A DNA stretch of 60,667 nt, filler included. It is 7 parts of 7 records of this genome, joined end to end, with 100 filler letters (N's around TTAATTAATTAA, not from the genome) between each part and the next. Parts side by side here need not be neighbours in the genome. Positions count along the whole stretch, not along the records: positions 1 to 14,779 come from SRR31156797_29857; positions 14,880 to 22,040 come from SRR31156797_29864; 5 more parts are not named here. The stretch is one strand, 5' to 3'. Within the stretch, counting starts at the first letter, position 1. Each line of letters starts with the position of its first letter. Made by a program: the position numbers and the translations under genes. Shown piece after piece: positions 9,519 to 19,321 of this stretch. Below the pieces are notes generated by a model. The model made no database searches, was not told the origin of the DNA, and saw only the letters and a list, made by a program, of their open reading frames with translations.

Positions 9519-10325
9519 CTATCCGTCTACGGCTCCGGCCCGGTCTTCCGGGCGCGGTTGCAGCCCCTCGCGCGTCGAAGCGCGCCGGACATTGGCGTAA
9601 TAGACGGTCTGGGCCGGCGACGTTCCGGCGCCGCGCGACATGAAGGACCGGTAGATGCCGTACTTGAAGTACTGGCGGTTCTTCCAGGATGTCCGTCCCT
9701 CATAAGCGACGACCGGCTCGCCGTTGACGAAGGCGTTGATATAGCCGTCGTCCCCTTTCGACCATTTGATCTCGAATTCGAACCGCGTCCAGTTGCCGCG
9801 CGCCTGATCCATGGTGACCAGCGGGTGGTATTTGCGCGTCGATCCGAAAACCTGGTCGTCGAGATAGATGCCGAGCTGCTGTTGCTGGATCATCCAGACG
9901 GGATGGGAGGATTCCTGGTGCCACTGCCCCAGCGCCAGCTTGACCGGATAGATGCTGGGGAAATCGGCGGGCAGGTAAAGCGACCATCCGTACCAATAGG
10001 TCTTGCCGATGGGATCGCGGCCGCCCTTGTGGCTCAGTTCCGACCGTTCGCGGTCTTTCTTGCAGTCGCTCCAGTTCTCGTCGGCGAAGCAGTCGCCGGG
10101 CCTGACCTCGAACTTCTCGACCAGCCGGGTCGGCGCCGTGCCGGTCGGGTCCGGGATGACCTCGTAGCCGTAGGCGCGTTTGTTGAGGGAGCGATCGAAC
10201 CGATCGAACGAGCCCTTGTCCAGATAGTTCGGATTGCGGCTGACGGCATCCGGGCTGCCCGTGCCGGTCGTCTGGCAGGCGGCGACCGCCAACAGCAGAA
10301 CGAGAATGATCGGAACCTTGCGCAT
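9519..10325 (-). CDS. Lipoprotein, polysaccharide/heparin lyase-like beta-sandwich
   Basis: Lipobox VAAC, ERSEL, WYGWSLYLP, GQWH, YFKYGIYR motifs. Confidence 0.75.
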   Translation of the reverse strand: MRKVPIILVLLLAVAACQTTGTGSPDAVSRNPNYLDKGSFDRFDRSLNKRAYGYEVIPDPTGTAPTRLVEKFEVRPGDCFADENWSDCKKDRERSELSHKGGRDPIGKTYWYGWSLYLPADFPSIYPVKLALGQWHQESSHPVWMIQQQQLGIYLDDQVFGSTRKYHPLVTMDQARGNWTRFEFEIKWSKGDDGYINAFVNGEPVVAYEGRTSWKNRQYFKYGIYRSFMSRGAGTSPAQTVYYANVRRASTREGLQPRPEDRAGAVDG

Positions 10326-10645
10326 AAACCGATTCTCCTTGCACCAAATGGAATGATCGAAACGTAGGTAATTCCCTACCAGGGGTTGTTTGGAAAATAG
10401 TGGAAGGAGTCAGCGAAGAAATCGCGGCATTCGATATGACATCCGTCTTGTGCGGAAAAAAGTGGCGATTCGAAAGGGACGAATATTCGATCCCCATTCG
10501 AAAGAACCGCCGGCCGGCAAGGGTGCCGCGATTAACCTATGATTGCAGATAAATGCTCCTCCCGGGCTATCCCGATCGAGATATGCTTACGGGAATTCGC
10601 GATTTCAAGAATGGCTGAGGCCGGCGCGCGGGGGCGCGGCGTCGC

Positions 10646-11812
10646 TCAGTTCGCCGGGATCAGCTTCAGCAGCCGGCCGCCCGCCCGATCCTCCAGCAGC
10701 CACAGCGCCCCGTCGGGCCCCTGCTCGATCTCGCGCACCCGTTTTCCCCATTCGAAGCGCTCGGCCTCCGTCGCCGTCTCGCCGTCCAGCACAATACGCA
10801 CCAGGGCGCGCGACGAAAGCCCGCCGACGAGCGCGTTGCCCCGCCAGTCGGCGAACAGCGCGCCGTCATAAATAATCAATCCGGCCGGCGAGATCGCCGG
10901 CACCCAGAACGCCTTCGGGGCGGCGAAATCCGGCCGCGTGTGATGGTCGGGAATTTTCTTGCCGGAATAATGGTTGCCGTTGGAAACCACCGGCCAGCCG
11001 TAGTTGGCGCCGGCCACGATCAGGTTCAACTCGTCGCCGTGCCTGGGGCCCATCTCGTGCGCCCACAGGCGCCCGGCGGCGTCAAACGCGATGCCCAGCA
11101 TGTTGCGATGCCCCATCGACCAGAAGCTTTTCGCCAGCTCGCCACGATCCTGCCAGGGATTGTCCGGCGGCACCCGCCCGTCGTCGGTCAGGCGGATGAT
11201 CTTGCCGAGAGCGACGCCGAAATCCTGCGCCGGGTCGAGCTTCTGCCGCTCGCCCGACGTGATGAACAGCATGCCGTCGGGCGCAAACGCGATGCGGTGG
11301 CTGTAATGCCCGCGCCCGGACACCTTCGGTTCCTGGGTCCAGATCCGCTCGACATCGACCAGCTTCGGCGTGGCCCCCGAGCGATCCAGCCGGGCGCGGT
11401 TGACGATGGCGCCGCGCGCAGAGCCGCGCTCCGCCGCTTCGACGCTGGAGATATAGACGAGACCTGTCTCGGCGAACGACGGATGCAGGACGACGTCGCC
11501 CAAACCGCCCTGGCCGCCGTAATCGACCTCCCACATCTCGCCGACCTCGGTCGCCGCGCCGTCGGCCGTCACATGGAACAGCCGGCCCGGCTTTGTCGTC
11601 ACCAGCAGCGTGCCGTCCGGCAAAAAGGTCATTGCCCACGGCTCGTCAAAGCGGGCGATCTCGGCGGCCCGGACGACGGAGCCCTTATCACTCTCGATGT
11701 CGAAGGCCGCCGCCGAGGGCCGCGGCGCCACCCCGACCGACAGGGCCAATGAAAATGCGAGAACGCCGATAGCGTGGGTCACGCCACCGCGAATGAGCCG
11801 GCTGAAGCGCAT
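10646..11812 (-). CDS. PQQ-dependent soluble aldose sugar dehydrogenase (YliI/GSDH family)
   Basis: [40 protein letters not shown]. Confidence 0.92.
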   Translation of the reverse strand: MRFSRLIRGGVTHAIGVLAFSLALSVGVAPRPSAAAFDIESDKGSVVRAAEIARFDEPWAMTFLPDGTLLVTTKPGRLFHVTADGAATEVGEMWEVDYGGQGGLGDVVLHPSFAETGLVYISSVEAAERGSARGAIVNRARLDRSGATPKLVDVERIWTQEPKVSGRGHYSHRIAFAPDGMLFITSGERQKLDPAQDFGVALGKIIRLTDDGRVPPDNPWQDRGELAKSFWSMGHRNMLGIAFDAAGRLWAHEMGPRHGDELNLIVAGANYGWPVVSNGNHYSGKKIPDHHTRPDFAAPKAFWVPAISPAGLIIYDGALFADWRGNALVGGLSSRALVRIVLDGETATEAERFEWGKRVREIEQGPDGALWLLEDRAGGRLLKLIPAN

Positions 11813-11898
11813 GGGTTCGTCCTCCGGAAAAACGGATTGCCTGACGCCTATATGGGACTCAGGCGCCGGTGGGTCCACCTCCCGGGGCGTCGTCTTCG

Positions 11899-11938
11899 GA
11901 ATTACGGTGACAGAATTACGGTGACAGTGCACTTATTC
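11899..11938. repeat. Tandem GAATTACGGTGACA x2 followed by GTGCACTTATT; REP/RAYT-associated-like motif
   Basis: Exact 14-bp direct duplication at the GC-to-AT compositional boundary. Confidence 0.6.
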
Positions 11939-11987
11939 CGCGAAATCGGAAGCCACAGATTGAATCGTACATATTGATATTCTGGTA

Positions 11988-12764
11988 TTATTGGCAAGAC
12001 CTTCGAGTCAGTGAGTTTTGTTGCCAAGGGTGTCCTGGATATTTCTTTGCTTGCTTTGACTCATTAGTTGTTTTTCCTGTTATACAGGCAAGACAATTAC
12101 CAGATGTTTTCTTTTCAGAACATTTTATCCGTGCTGCTGCAACAGCTGCAGCTCGACTTTTATGGCCACAGCTAAATCCAATTCCGTCACCCCACCCATT
12201 ACTTGACGCCATAGCAAAATAACCACCTTCACATGTGATATTTTTCTCACATCCATAAGGCATCATTATATCTCTATTTCTTTCAGCTTGATCTCTATCT
12301 TTCCCGAGCGCAATCGTCCATTCACTTTGATCAAAATCAGTTGAACTATTATAGCATATTGCCACGGCGCCTTCGTTCGATTGCCTTTTGCTTGGTTTGA
12401 CAGATGAATTGTTGGAAGCGGTATTTGATGAATTAAATTTATTAAGGATCTCGATATAATTCAGTAAATCCTGTTTCCCTGATATGCAACTCGAGGTGCT
12501 TGGATTACTACTACATTTCCTTTGATACCAACCTTTTAAACCGGCTATTTCTCCGCGAATATCACTGGGTCGGCACTTTCTGATTTTATTAATTCCCTGA
12601 TAAGTGTTTTTTATTCTATTGAGATCTTGTTGGTTGAAGTAAGGAAGTCCATGAGTCGGCATTACCGTAGTTTCAGCGCAACCCATGGGCATTGTAGTAG
12701 CCGAAACTTTCGACGTTACGACTAAAGAGAATGCGAGCATAAGAATAGAAAGTTGCATTTTCAT
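11988..12764 (-). CDS. Secreted cysteine-rich protein with DUF4189-like C-terminal region
   Basis: Signal peptide, 12 Cys, S/N-rich linker, FAMA....G.G.SCG..SR.AA..AA...C......C pattern; AT-rich codon use. Confidence 0.7.
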   Translation of the reverse strand: MKMQLSILMLAFSLVVTSKVSATTMPMGCAETTVMPTHGLPYFNQQDLNRIKNTYQGINKIRKCRPSDIRGEIAGLKGWYQRKCSSNPSTSSCISGKQDLLNYIEILNKFNSSNTASNNSSVKPSKRQSNEGAVAICYNSSTDFDQSEWTIALGKDRDQAERNRDIMMPYGCEKNITCEGGYFAMASSNGWGDGIGFSCGHKSRAAAVAAARIKCSEKKTSGNCLACITGKTTNESKQAKKYPGHPWQQNSLTRRSCQ

Positions 12765-12903
12765 TTGTTCTATTCCTTTTAATGTATTGGAAAGGGCTAT
12801 GTCGCCGAGGCGTTTTTATTGGCTAAAACGTTGTTTCAGGGAATGCGGTCGCTCGCTGCATTCCGCCGACGGTATCACCATGCAATAACCCGTGGTTCGC
12901 CAC

Positions 12904-12921
12904 ATCCCCCGTTTGGGGGAT
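12904..12921. promoter_or_regulatory. Palindromic operator candidate ATCCCCC-N4-GGGGGAT
   Basis: Perfect 7-bp inverted repeat between the divergent secreted-protein and LuxR genes. Confidence 0.55.
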
Positions 12922-13025
12922 AAGGTTTGTGTTTCTTGCTGACAGAACCAACATGTGGTTGCGGATCACAGATCGCCTGAAAAGGTGCGATCCATAAAGT
13001 CCAGCAAAAAAAATCGGCGGGGGCA

Positions 13026-14219
13026 ATGGAGATATCGAAGCGGCAGCTAGACTTGATGGCCTCAATTTATGACGCCATCCTGGACCCAAAGGTCTGGCCG
13101 GAAGTTCTTGGCCGCCTTACGGATGACTTGGGTGCGCGGGCGGTTAATTTTCTAATTGCCGATTACAATCTGCCGGAAGTCCAGGTTTCCGCAGCGAGTT
13201 CGGTATTTGATGAAGCCCTGCTTGAAGAATATCATCGCGACTACGCGGAGTCTGAAAGACCTCTTATTTTAAAGATGGCAAACTACCCTGCCGGACAATT
13301 CGTGACGATCAGGGATCTCTCCACCGGAATCGGGGTTTATGAAGAGCTTCCTTCCGTCTGCTGGTTGCGGGAAAAACACGGAATTTCGGGTCGGTCCTCG
13401 TTACGCCTCAATGATAGCGTTTCGTGGCTCGATCTGATTACCTTCAACTACGCGGAAAATCATGGCGAAATGACCGCAGAGGAACGAGCGATCGCGTCAC
13501 TGTATCTGCCGCATTTGGCGAAAGCCGTGCAAGTGATTCGGCCCTTTCAACTTTTGAGAGTCCGGTTCCAGGCGGTCCTCTCGGCGCTTGACCGGTTTCA
13601 TATCGGTGTCTTTGTTATTTCCAAGACCGGTAGCGTAATATTAAGCAATTTGGAAGCTGACCGTATACTTGACGTGAGTGCTGAATTTTACGTGGATCCC
13701 GCTGGATACCTCCGTTTATCGCGAAATTCGGACCAGGCCAAATTGACGAAGGCTGTGAAATCGGCCTCGGCAACGGCGGAGGCGCGAAATGTTGAAACCG
13801 GGGCAGTTTTCAGCATTGAACGCGATGGTGCACAGGAACCTTTTCTTGTCGAAGTTTCCCCATTCCACGACAACAGCATTGCTGATTCTGGGGTTGGTTA
13901 TGCTTTGCTTTTTGTCATAGATCCCAACAATAGAAACGACGTCTCGATCCTAGGGATGGAACAATTATTCGGATTAACGAAGGCGGAATCCGAAACGTTT
14001 CAGCTATTGGTTGTCGGTCATAACATCGCCTCGATCGCCGAACAGCGTAACGTCAAACCCTCAACGATTCGCTCTCATATCAAGAGCCTGTTCACCAAGA
14101 CAAATACCAACCGCCAAGCCGATCTTGTTCGCCTCGCCCTATGCATTAATTTGCCAATTGATCCAATCCCCGATGGACAATTGCATTCCAACAACGGCGC
14201 CATATCGAAATTACCCTGA
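13026..14219 (+). CDS. LuxR-family HTH regulator with N-terminal GAF/PAS-like region
   Basis: IYDA.LDP..WP..L N-terminus; FGLTKAE...IAEQR.VK.STIRSHIKSLF.KT...RQADLV HTH. Confidence 0.88.
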   Translation: MEISKRQLDLMASIYDAILDPKVWPEVLGRLTDDLGARAVNFLIADYNLPEVQVSAASSVFDEALLEEYHRDYAESERPLILKMANYPAGQFVTIRDLSTGIGVYEELPSVCWLREKHGISGRSSLRLNDSVSWLDLITFNYAENHGEMTAEERAIASLYLPHLAKAVQVIRPFQLLRVRFQAVLSALDRFHIGVFVISKTGSVILSNLEADRILDVSAEFYVDPAGYLRLSRNSDQAKLTKAVKSASATAEARNVETGAVFSIERDGAQEPFLVEVSPFHDNSIADSGVGYALLFVIDPNNRNDVSILGMEQLFGLTKAESETFQLLVVGHNIASIAEQRNVKPSTIRSHIKSLFTKTNTNRQADLVRLALCINLPIDPIPDGQLHSNNGAISKLP

Positions 14220-14399
14220 ATGAGAATGCTGCTCAAATAACAAGAAAGCCTGGGAACAACGCCCTCATCACTTCCGCTTTCGGTGCGGTTTCCGGTCATG
14301 GGCCACCATGTCTTGGTGAGAGTGTCGCAAAGCCGGAGAGGAATGATCGCAATGCTTGAACAAGACCAATGCGCCGTGAACGCCGAAATCGGCCGCACA

Positions 14400-14428
14400 T
14401 TGACATTTCGCTTAAAATAGGTTATAAT
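14400..14428 (+). promoter_or_regulatory. Consensus sigma70 promoter
   Basis: TTGACA-17 nt-TATAAT, perfect match. Confidence 0.6.
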
Positions 14429-14738
14429 TCCTTGAATTTTGATCTTTGAAATGGTTCATTCGTTCAAACCCGTGGCGGGTCAAGCCCTTGGAAACATTGG
14501 CCGATTCGCAAAAATGACGATTAATGACGATAAAACCCCATGGAAACGATGGGGCGGCAGGCTGAATGCCGCGGAATGCCTCGGATTATCGATATATTAG
14601 AATAGCAGAATATAATGCATTTCCGCGATCCGGCTCGGAGCGGCCGGCGGGGGTGGAGCGGCGCTAAACCCATCGTCGGACAAAAACCGAAGGCCCGAAA
14701 TCGTCCACGCGGTTCCGGCAAAAAAAGGGGCGGCCCTT

Positions 14739-14779
14739 TAGAGCACGTTCCGGTTAGATGGAATCAATTCTGATGGCCT
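14739..14779. repeat. Probable start of an alphaproteobacterial intergenic repeat/MITE at the contig end
   Basis: TAGAGCACGTTCCGGTTAGATGGAATCA resembles TAGAGC-terminated repeats; the contig breaks here. Confidence 0.35.
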
Positions 14780-14879
14780 NNNNNNNNNNNNNNNNNNNNN
14801 NNNNNNNNNNNNNNNNNNNNNNNTTAATTAATTAANNNNNNNNNNNNNNNNNNNNNNNNNNNNNNNNNNNNNNNNNNNN
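14780..14879. other. Artificial contig spacer
   Basis: N run with central TTAATTAATTAA (stop codons in all six frames). Confidence 0.99.
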
Positions 14880-14905
14880 TACGCTAAAATGATTTTCTTG
14901 CCCAT
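14880..14905 (-). CDS. argG: 5' end of probable argininosuccinate synthase
   Basis: Reads MGKKIILA(Y) after an AAGGAG RBS; only about 9 codons visible. Confidence 0.45.
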
Positions 14906-15081
14906 TTTTTGCTCCTTTTTTGTTTAGGGACGGAATTTATAATATAAAATATTAAAAATCAAACGAATTGCAGTAAATAATTGTTAATTATTTGTTAATA
15001 ATTTAAATGACTTGTGAATGTTTGGCGTATCGTAGAATATATTTTATAATGATAATTGTTTTATGACAATATTACATCATG

Positions 15082-16446
15082 CTAATGTACACGATTTGAT
15101 CTACCAAAGATGTAAACAATGATGCTGAACAGTAATCCGGGATAGAAAGGTTCAATATTTAGAGGATAATATCCTAAAAGTTTTCCTGTAAGAAACCATA
15201 GTAGATTTAAAGTAAACGAGCCTACCATAAGGATAATGATCTTATTGGATGAAATAGTGCGATCGAATAGAACAGATAATGTAGGGATAAGCAAAGAGGG
15301 GATAACCAAGGTACCTATTAAATACCAGATCGAGATCACTGAAGGAATGCTGATCAAAATGATCATGGCCACAAGTCCGGTAACAAGATACCCGATCCTG
15401 ACATTTCGTTTAATATTATCAGGATAGTAATGTGATAATATATCATAGCCTACAGTTTGCGCAGAAATGAAAATATAGGAATCCAAAGTGGACATGACAG
15501 TTGCCAGCAATCCGGTAAAGAATAATCCCAAAAGTCCTATCGGGAGAATATGGTCAGCTATGAGAGGATATGCATAAAGTGCTTGAATATCAGGAAGTAA
15601 CGCACGTGCATATAAGCCTGTAATAACAGTCAAAGCATCAAATATCATCCAGAAAATAATACTAAATAGTATACCGTTTCGTGCTGTTTTAGCTGATTTT
15701 GCGGCAGCACAACGCTGATGAAATCCGGGATCAACAAGCGTCCAAAGCGCTATGAAAAACCAGGAGATGATATAGGTTGACGGTAAGCCACCTGTGAGGG
15801 TTAAATGATCTTTTGGGAGATGTTGTTGACTGATAAATTCATTAATGGGATATTGCTTTATTAAGAAAATAACCAGAATAATAAAGCCAATAAACATGAG
15901 TAAAAATTGCAGTATATCAGATTGCACAACGGATTTGAATCCTTTTTTGTACAAGTAAGTAGCCGATACCACAAAAACGATCAATGCAGAAATGATGGAA
16001 GGGATACCGGTAACTAAAGAGACCATGATACCGGCAATTAAGAGATATGGTGCGGGAGACGTCATAAGAAATACGAAAAAACCGCTGATAAATGAGGTTT
16101 TTTCCCCATATCCCTTTGATATTAGCTCAGGAATGCTGACAGCTTGGCTTTTTCTGATCCTGCTTGCAATAAAAAATGCATAGATCAGTGCGAAAATGTA
16201 GTACGGGAAACCCATAACGAACCAGTTAGATAGTCCATAGGTATAGGTAAATTCACCAACACCCAGTATACCGCCGTACCAGGTGGAAACAAGGGTCATA
16301 ACGAACATCGGTAGCGTCAGGGTCCTACCTGATAATAGAAAATCCTCATTACCACGTTTATTTTTTCTTAGAAATCCAATAAGGAACAGAGCGGCAAAAT
16401 AGACTCCAACGATAATAATGTCGATAAAATGAAAATTGATTCTCAT
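15082..16446 (-). CDS. Sodium:solute symporter family protein (possible thiamine uptake)
   Basis: DFLLSGR, TLVSTWYGG, DPGFHQR..AAKS, LLATVMSTLDS; ATGA-coupled to the thiamine pyrophosphokinase gene. Confidence 0.9.
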   Translation of the reverse strand: MRINFHFIDIIIVGVYFAALFLIGFLRKNKRGNEDFLLSGRTLTLPMFVMTLVSTWYGGILGVGEFTYTYGLSNWFVMGFPYYIFALIYAFFIASRIRKSQAVSIPELISKGYGEKTSFISGFFVFLMTSPAPYLLIAGIMVSLVTGIPSIISALIVFVVSATYLYKKGFKSVVQSDILQFLLMFIGFIILVIFLIKQYPINEFISQQHLPKDHLTLTGGLPSTYIISWFFIALWTLVDPGFHQRCAAAKSAKTARNGILFSIIFWMIFDALTVITGLYARALLPDIQALYAYPLIADHILPIGLLGLFFTGLLATVMSTLDSYIFISAQTVGYDILSHYYPDNIKRNVRIGYLVTGLVAMIILISIPSVISIWYLIGTLVIPSLLIPTLSVLFDRTISSNKIIILMVGSFTLNLLWFLTGKLLGYYPLNIEPFYPGLLFSIIVYIFGRSNRVH

Positions 16447-17072
16447 ATTTTAAGCGGGGTCATAAAAAGTATGGAACCGGTCTTGAAGCAGATATGAAGA
16501 TCATTTGTTTTAAAGGCATTGCTTAAGCCTCTTGAACCTTTATGCAGGGTATCTTTTGTCATGGGATAACGTGCGCCGATCATCGTGATCTCATCAGCTG
16601 AGTGTATGGCCAAAAGTGAGAACCGTTGTCCTCTTTTCCCTTTAAAACCATACTCTCCCGGTTTAAGGTAACTAAGATACTCTTCATTTGTAAAGATCTC
16701 AATATTCAAAAGGTTTGCATATGAAGATAGTGTTGCCAGATTAATTATTGAATGATCAAGTCTTTTCCCGTCTGCGCCAAAAATGCGAATATCCCTTAGA
16801 TCATTTGTATTGCAATAATTCAATGTTTTTTCAAGATCATTGAGACCTTGATCGCGAATTTGCAATACTTCTGTTTTCTCGTCTTCAGGGATCTCTGATA
16901 CTGAATCCATATCACCGATCAGAAGATCGGGGATAATATGATACTTTTTAAGATAATCATAAGCTCCATCTGCAGCGATGATCATATCACCATCATTTAC
17001 GAAATGCCTGATCACCTTTTTTGTAGGTGGAACACCATTTAGAAAAATACAAGTTTTAGTTGATCTGTCCAT
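16443..17072 (-). CDS. thiN: Thiamine pyrophosphokinase
   Basis: IAADGA, PDLLIGDMDS, DQ...DLEK, G.RLDH...N, GLSN. Confidence 0.9.
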   Translation of the reverse strand: MDRSTKTCIFLNGVPPTKKVIRHFVNDGDMIIAADGAYDYLKKYHIIPDLLIGDMDSVSEIPEDEKTEVLQIRDQGLNDLEKTLNYCNTNDLRDIRIFGADGKRLDHSIINLATLSSYANLLNIEIFTNEEYLSYLKPGEYGFKGKRGQRFSLLAIHSADEITMIGARYPMTKDTLHKGSRGLSNAFKTNDLHICFKTGSILFMTPLKI

Positions 17073-17958
17073 TTTCTTTCAACTTCTTTGTTAATTTTTT
17101 CATATTAACGGTTATTTTAAGCTTTTGACGGGTCTTTCTGACCTGTTTTCGATAATCTCTGGAATAAAAATAGCGCTTAGCTTCAGGACTGATGGGCGCT
17201 ATCATGGTAGAGGGTCGCCAATTTACGGAACGATGGTTTTTCTTATGTTGCAATGCACCGTACTCATCGGCCCAGGAAAGCGTATAATGGCTATAGTGAG
17301 GTAATGTCTGGTATTTTATGACCTGCATAAAACCTTCTACTTTTGGATCTAAAAAGTGGAATGCCCGTGAAAAGAAAATTGCAGTATGCAAATAGTTTGG
17401 TGAATTGATCAATCCATGAGTATTAGCACGTTTGGCAAGATGAAAAAGTATCTGCAACATATGTAAACCAATTCCCAAACTAGGTGCTTTTTGACCTGGA
17501 AGGGGAGGCCTGTCACGTCTGAATGGCTTATATGGATTTTGCATCATCAGCCACTCAACATGCAGAAATTCCAAATTCATATATTTCTTTTTATCCAGAG
17601 GTAATTGCAGATTTTTTCTTTGCAGGACCAGCTCGATCATTTTATGTTTGATCCCGTCGCGTTCTGACAAGAGTACAAAACGATGAACATAGGGATCGTT
17701 CATATTAATATGCCAGCTTACATTAGGTACACCTTTTTTTTCAAAATAATCTCTGATACCGTAACGTTCGAACATCCCTTCAATAACAGATGTGGAATAA
17801 ACACCAAGAAAAAGATGTTTTTTATGATTAAAAACACCATTACTGACAATATCTGATTCGCTAAGTGTGAAATCATGCTGACTATTGAACTGATGAGTCG
17901 CCATACGCCTAAAGGCTTGATCATATTTTTTTTGGTAGCGTCTAACCATGTTACACAA
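17056..17958 (-). CDS. Hypothetical protein (EWL.MQNP...RPPLPGQ.APSLG family)
   Basis: 300-aa ORF packed between miaB and thiN with abutting/overlapping ends. Confidence 0.75.
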   Translation of the reverse strand: MCNMVRRYQKKYDQAFRRMATHQFNSQHDFTLSESDIVSNGVFNHKKHLFLGVYSTSVIEGMFERYGIRDYFEKKGVPNVSWHINMNDPYVHRFVLLSERDGIKHKMIELVLQRKNLQLPLDKKKYMNLEFLHVEWLMMQNPYKPFRRDRPPLPGQKAPSLGIGLHMLQILFHLAKRANTHGLINSPNYLHTAIFFSRAFHFLDPKVEGFMQVIKYQTLPHYSHYTLSWADEYGALQHKKNHRSVNWRPSTMIAPISPEAKRYFYSRDYRKQVRKTRQKLKITVNMKKLTKKLKENGQIN

Positions 17959-19254
17959 TTAAGGTCTTGAAAACAGGGTTACGCCCTGCGCGTCTGTGAT
18001 CTTTCTGGAGATCAGGTCTTTTGGTTTATGATTTTCTTTCGGGAAAATAACGATCTTATTGCAGGCCGTTCTTCCTCGCATTTCATCCGGGCTTTTTTTA
18101 CTTCTCGATTCGACAAGAACTTCAACATTATCACCTATCAGTTGTCTATATCTTTCAAGAGTATGAGTTTTTTGCAAAGCGATAAGTTCCGTTAAACGAG
18201 CTGATTTTTCGGCTTCACTAACACTATCACCCATTTTCCAGGCTTTGGTATATGGCCTGGGTGAATATTTAAACGTATAGGCTGAATCGTATTTGACATT
18301 TTCCATGACCTTGAGAGTTTCTCTGTAGTCTTTTTCTGTCTCACCCGGGAAACCTACAATAATATCGGTTGTTATGCCCATATCCGGAACATACTTGCGG
18401 ATCATGTCGACTAACTTGAGGTAGTGTTCTTGTGTATAAGTTCTATTCATAGCCTTCAGAACAGGATCAGCACCTGCTTGCAAAGGCAAGTGAATATGGT
18501 TTGCGATCAATGGTTTATATTCGGCATGTACTCGCATGAGGTCTTCATCAACATCCTGAGGGTGGGGCGAGGTATATCTCAATCGTTTCAAGCCCTTTAC
18601 TTTTGTCATAGCTTCAAGCAATTCAGGGAATTTCCTTCCCTCATAATCAAAAGAATTTACATTTTGTCCTAAAAGGGTGATCTCTACAAAACCTTGATCT
18701 ACACTGCGTTGTGCTTCTTGAACAATGCCTTCAATACTTCGGGAGCGTTCGCGTCCTCTTGTATAGGGTACAATACAGTATGAACAGAATTTATTGCATC
18801 CCCGCATAATGGATATCCAGGCATTGATCCCTTCCTGTCTTGCAGGAAACAAGCCATCGTAGACCTCAAATTTTGATAACTTGGTATCAATTATATGTTC
18901 TTCGCCGGTACCCAGGTACTCGAAAATATTCCTGTAGGAATCCGGGCCAAGAATGATATTAACATATGGCTTTGACTTTATGATATCATTTTTAAGATTT
19001 TGCGCCATACAACCTACGACCCCAAGTTTGAGATCCGGATTTTTATCTTTCAGATTCTTCAGTTCACCCAAACGTGAATGAATTTTTTGTTCGGCATGTT
19101 CTCGAACTGAACAGGTATTCAGAAGTATCAGATCGGCATTTTCAGGCTTTTCGCATAGGATATAATTATGGGCCTGAAGGATACCGGCTAGCAGCTCCGA
19201 ATCGTATTCGTTCATTTGACAACCGTATGTCTCAATATAAAAGCGTTTTTCCAT
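17959..19254 (-). CDS. miaB: tRNA-i6A37 methylthiotransferase
   Basis: TYGCQMNEYDSE, NTCSVRE, GCMAQ, radical SAM CNKFCSYC, DIIVGFPGET, C-terminal TRAM domain. Confidence 0.96.
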   Translation of the reverse strand: MEKRFYIETYGCQMNEYDSELLAGILQAHNYILCEKPENADLILLNTCSVREHAEQKIHSRLGELKNLKDKNPDLKLGVVGCMAQNLKNDIIKSKPYVNIILGPDSYRNIFEYLGTGEEHIIDTKLSKFEVYDGLFPARQEGINAWISIMRGCNKFCSYCIVPYTRGRERSRSIEGIVQEAQRSVDQGFVEITLLGQNVNSFDYEGRKFPELLEAMTKVKGLKRLRYTSPHPQDVDEDLMRVHAEYKPLIANHIHLPLQAGADPVLKAMNRTYTQEHYLKLVDMIRKYVPDMGITTDIIVGFPGETEKDYRETLKVMENVKYDSAYTFKYSPRPYTKAWKMGDSVSEAEKSARLTELIALQKTHTLERYRQLIGDNVEVLVESRSKKSPDEMRGRTACNKIVIFPKENHKPKDLISRKITDAQGVTLFSRP

Positions 19255-19321
19255 AGAATATAGTATACGAAAAATTGCCTAAAATTGAAAAGGAATAAAG
19301 ACATAGGGCTGTATAAATAAC

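Noticed and set aside
11899-11927. Direct repeat considered as a CRISPR remnant
   Set aside because: Two 14-bp units with no spacer and no cas genes
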